From positions 127,534,001-127,598,000 of the forward strand of contig OX597820.1 in assembly GCA_951406725.2 (NCBI GenBank): 64,000 nucleotides of DNA, read 5' to 3'. A program made the position numbers and the translations under genes. Positions within the stretch are counted from its first letter, which is position 1. Each line of letters opens with the position of its first letter. The DNA comes from Octopus vulgaris. Its lineage: Eukaryota. The notes beneath the pieces were generated by a model. The model made no database searches. It worked only from the letters and a program-made list of their open reading frames with translations, and had not been told where the DNA came from. Positions 62,758 through 64,000 of the stretch are shown in pieces.

Positions 62758-63681
62758 CATATGGGTAAATGTAAGGACAAACAAGTTAATGTGTTTAATA
62801 TATCTTTTGTATATCGATTTGCCTAACTTGCCTGTTCTTACATTTACTCTTCTATCTGCTCAAGTTTCAATCTTTTGAGCGCTACGAAGTGTATTCCATA
62901 CACTTCTCGTGTTCTTCGTATTAATGTGCCCAGATTCTATTGAATCCTATAACTAATACCTACATACATAAATAATACATACATACATACATACATACAT
63001 ACATACATACATACATACATACATACGTACGTACGTACGTATGTATGTATGTATGTATATCATACACACGTGATCGCACGCACACGTTAGTAGTTACGTA
63101 TAAAATAAAAAGTTCTCAGAACGACAAACAGAATATGAATTATTTATTTCAGTCAGCTGAAGTGAACGTTGGTGAAGAGCTGCGATGTCTTCCTGATAAT
63201 TTCTCAATCAATAAGAGTTCGTAACAAAATAGAGACCTTTAGTAGGCGACGGATACACGCTTAGAACGCAGCACTCACTTGGAGGCGATATATATAAAAA
63301 TTTCCCTTTATTAGCTCGTATCATTATTGTGTAAACACTATATTATTATAGGTATTATTCGCAATAAATCGAGGCCTCCATAGAGTTAACACAAGGGAAG
63401 TAACTCTCAAGTACTTAACTTTGGAAGGGCGGTAATTAAAAACAGCCAAACTTCGCCAACGACCAGAAAATACCCGGTTACAGAGAATGGTGTTACAAAG
63501 AGTCACATAGAACTGACAAAGGTTGAAACATTGTTGATAGGGAGTTGCTTAGACAAATTTCTGAGTAAATAAAGGGTGCTACAGAGGTGGGATTAATATT
63601 CAAAGTCAATATACTTTTTTAAATACTGATTTTTATCCCTTTACTCTTAAATTGCTGTTTATCGCAATTTGTAAAAAATGA

Positions 63682-63713
<32 letters not shown>

Positions 63714-63733
63714 AATAATAATAATATTGAATG

Positions 63734-63767
<34 letters not shown>

Positions 63768-63830
63768 TAATAATAATAATAATAATGATAATAATAATAA
63801 TAATATTAATGATAATAATAATAATAATGA
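63682..63830. repeat. (ATG)n/(AAT)n trinucleotide microsatellite
   Basis: Direct reading of the sequence. It explains the poly-I/M/N ORFs. Confidence 0.97.
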
Positions 63831-64000
63831 TACTCTGATGCAGTACCAGGCAGTGACTCACGTGGCTTCTGATCTTAACTGATTGGAAGTGTTATCCTGT
63901 ACATTGTTTTGTCTTGGTATAAAAGATGGGCTACAGCAAATATTCTGCTCAATACTACAGATTTGCTTGTCAGTTGTTTGACCTTAACAAGTTGAGCATG

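Overview
AT-rich, repeat-dense animal genomic DNA. It is most likely from a coleoid cephalopod (Octopus-like), inferred from the SINE/RTE repertoire and the (TA)n/(CA)n/(TACA)n load. The one clear protein-coding gene is on the + strand. A 14-codon first coding exon (32718-32759) splices in phase 0 to a 6.7-kb terminal exon (38576-45268), giving a ~2244-aa, mostly disordered nuclear protein with three dispersed C2HC zinc fingers. A probable bidirectional promoter at ~11.3-11.5 kb would also drive a minus-strand gene whose next exon is at 1-184. A probable decayed ankyrin/SOCS-box (ASB-like) pseudogene lies on the minus strand at ~59.1-61.2 kb. The rest is RTE LINE copies (with a PHD finger inserted in the RT), at least four tRNA-derived SINE families, MITEs and microsatellites. 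The most notable signal is a tRNA-headed element carrying a minimal hammerhead ribozyme, a fold-back inversion and an 8-bp TSD (15476-15793). It looks like a SINE mobilised by Penelope-like elements, and several other hammerhead/palindrome remnants occur in the window. Also notable are a TSD-flanked bipartite RTE derivative with a structured 5' RNA, and two inverted RTE copies flanking the AUG exon of the zinc-finger gene. All calls come from reading the sequence by eye; no searches were run.
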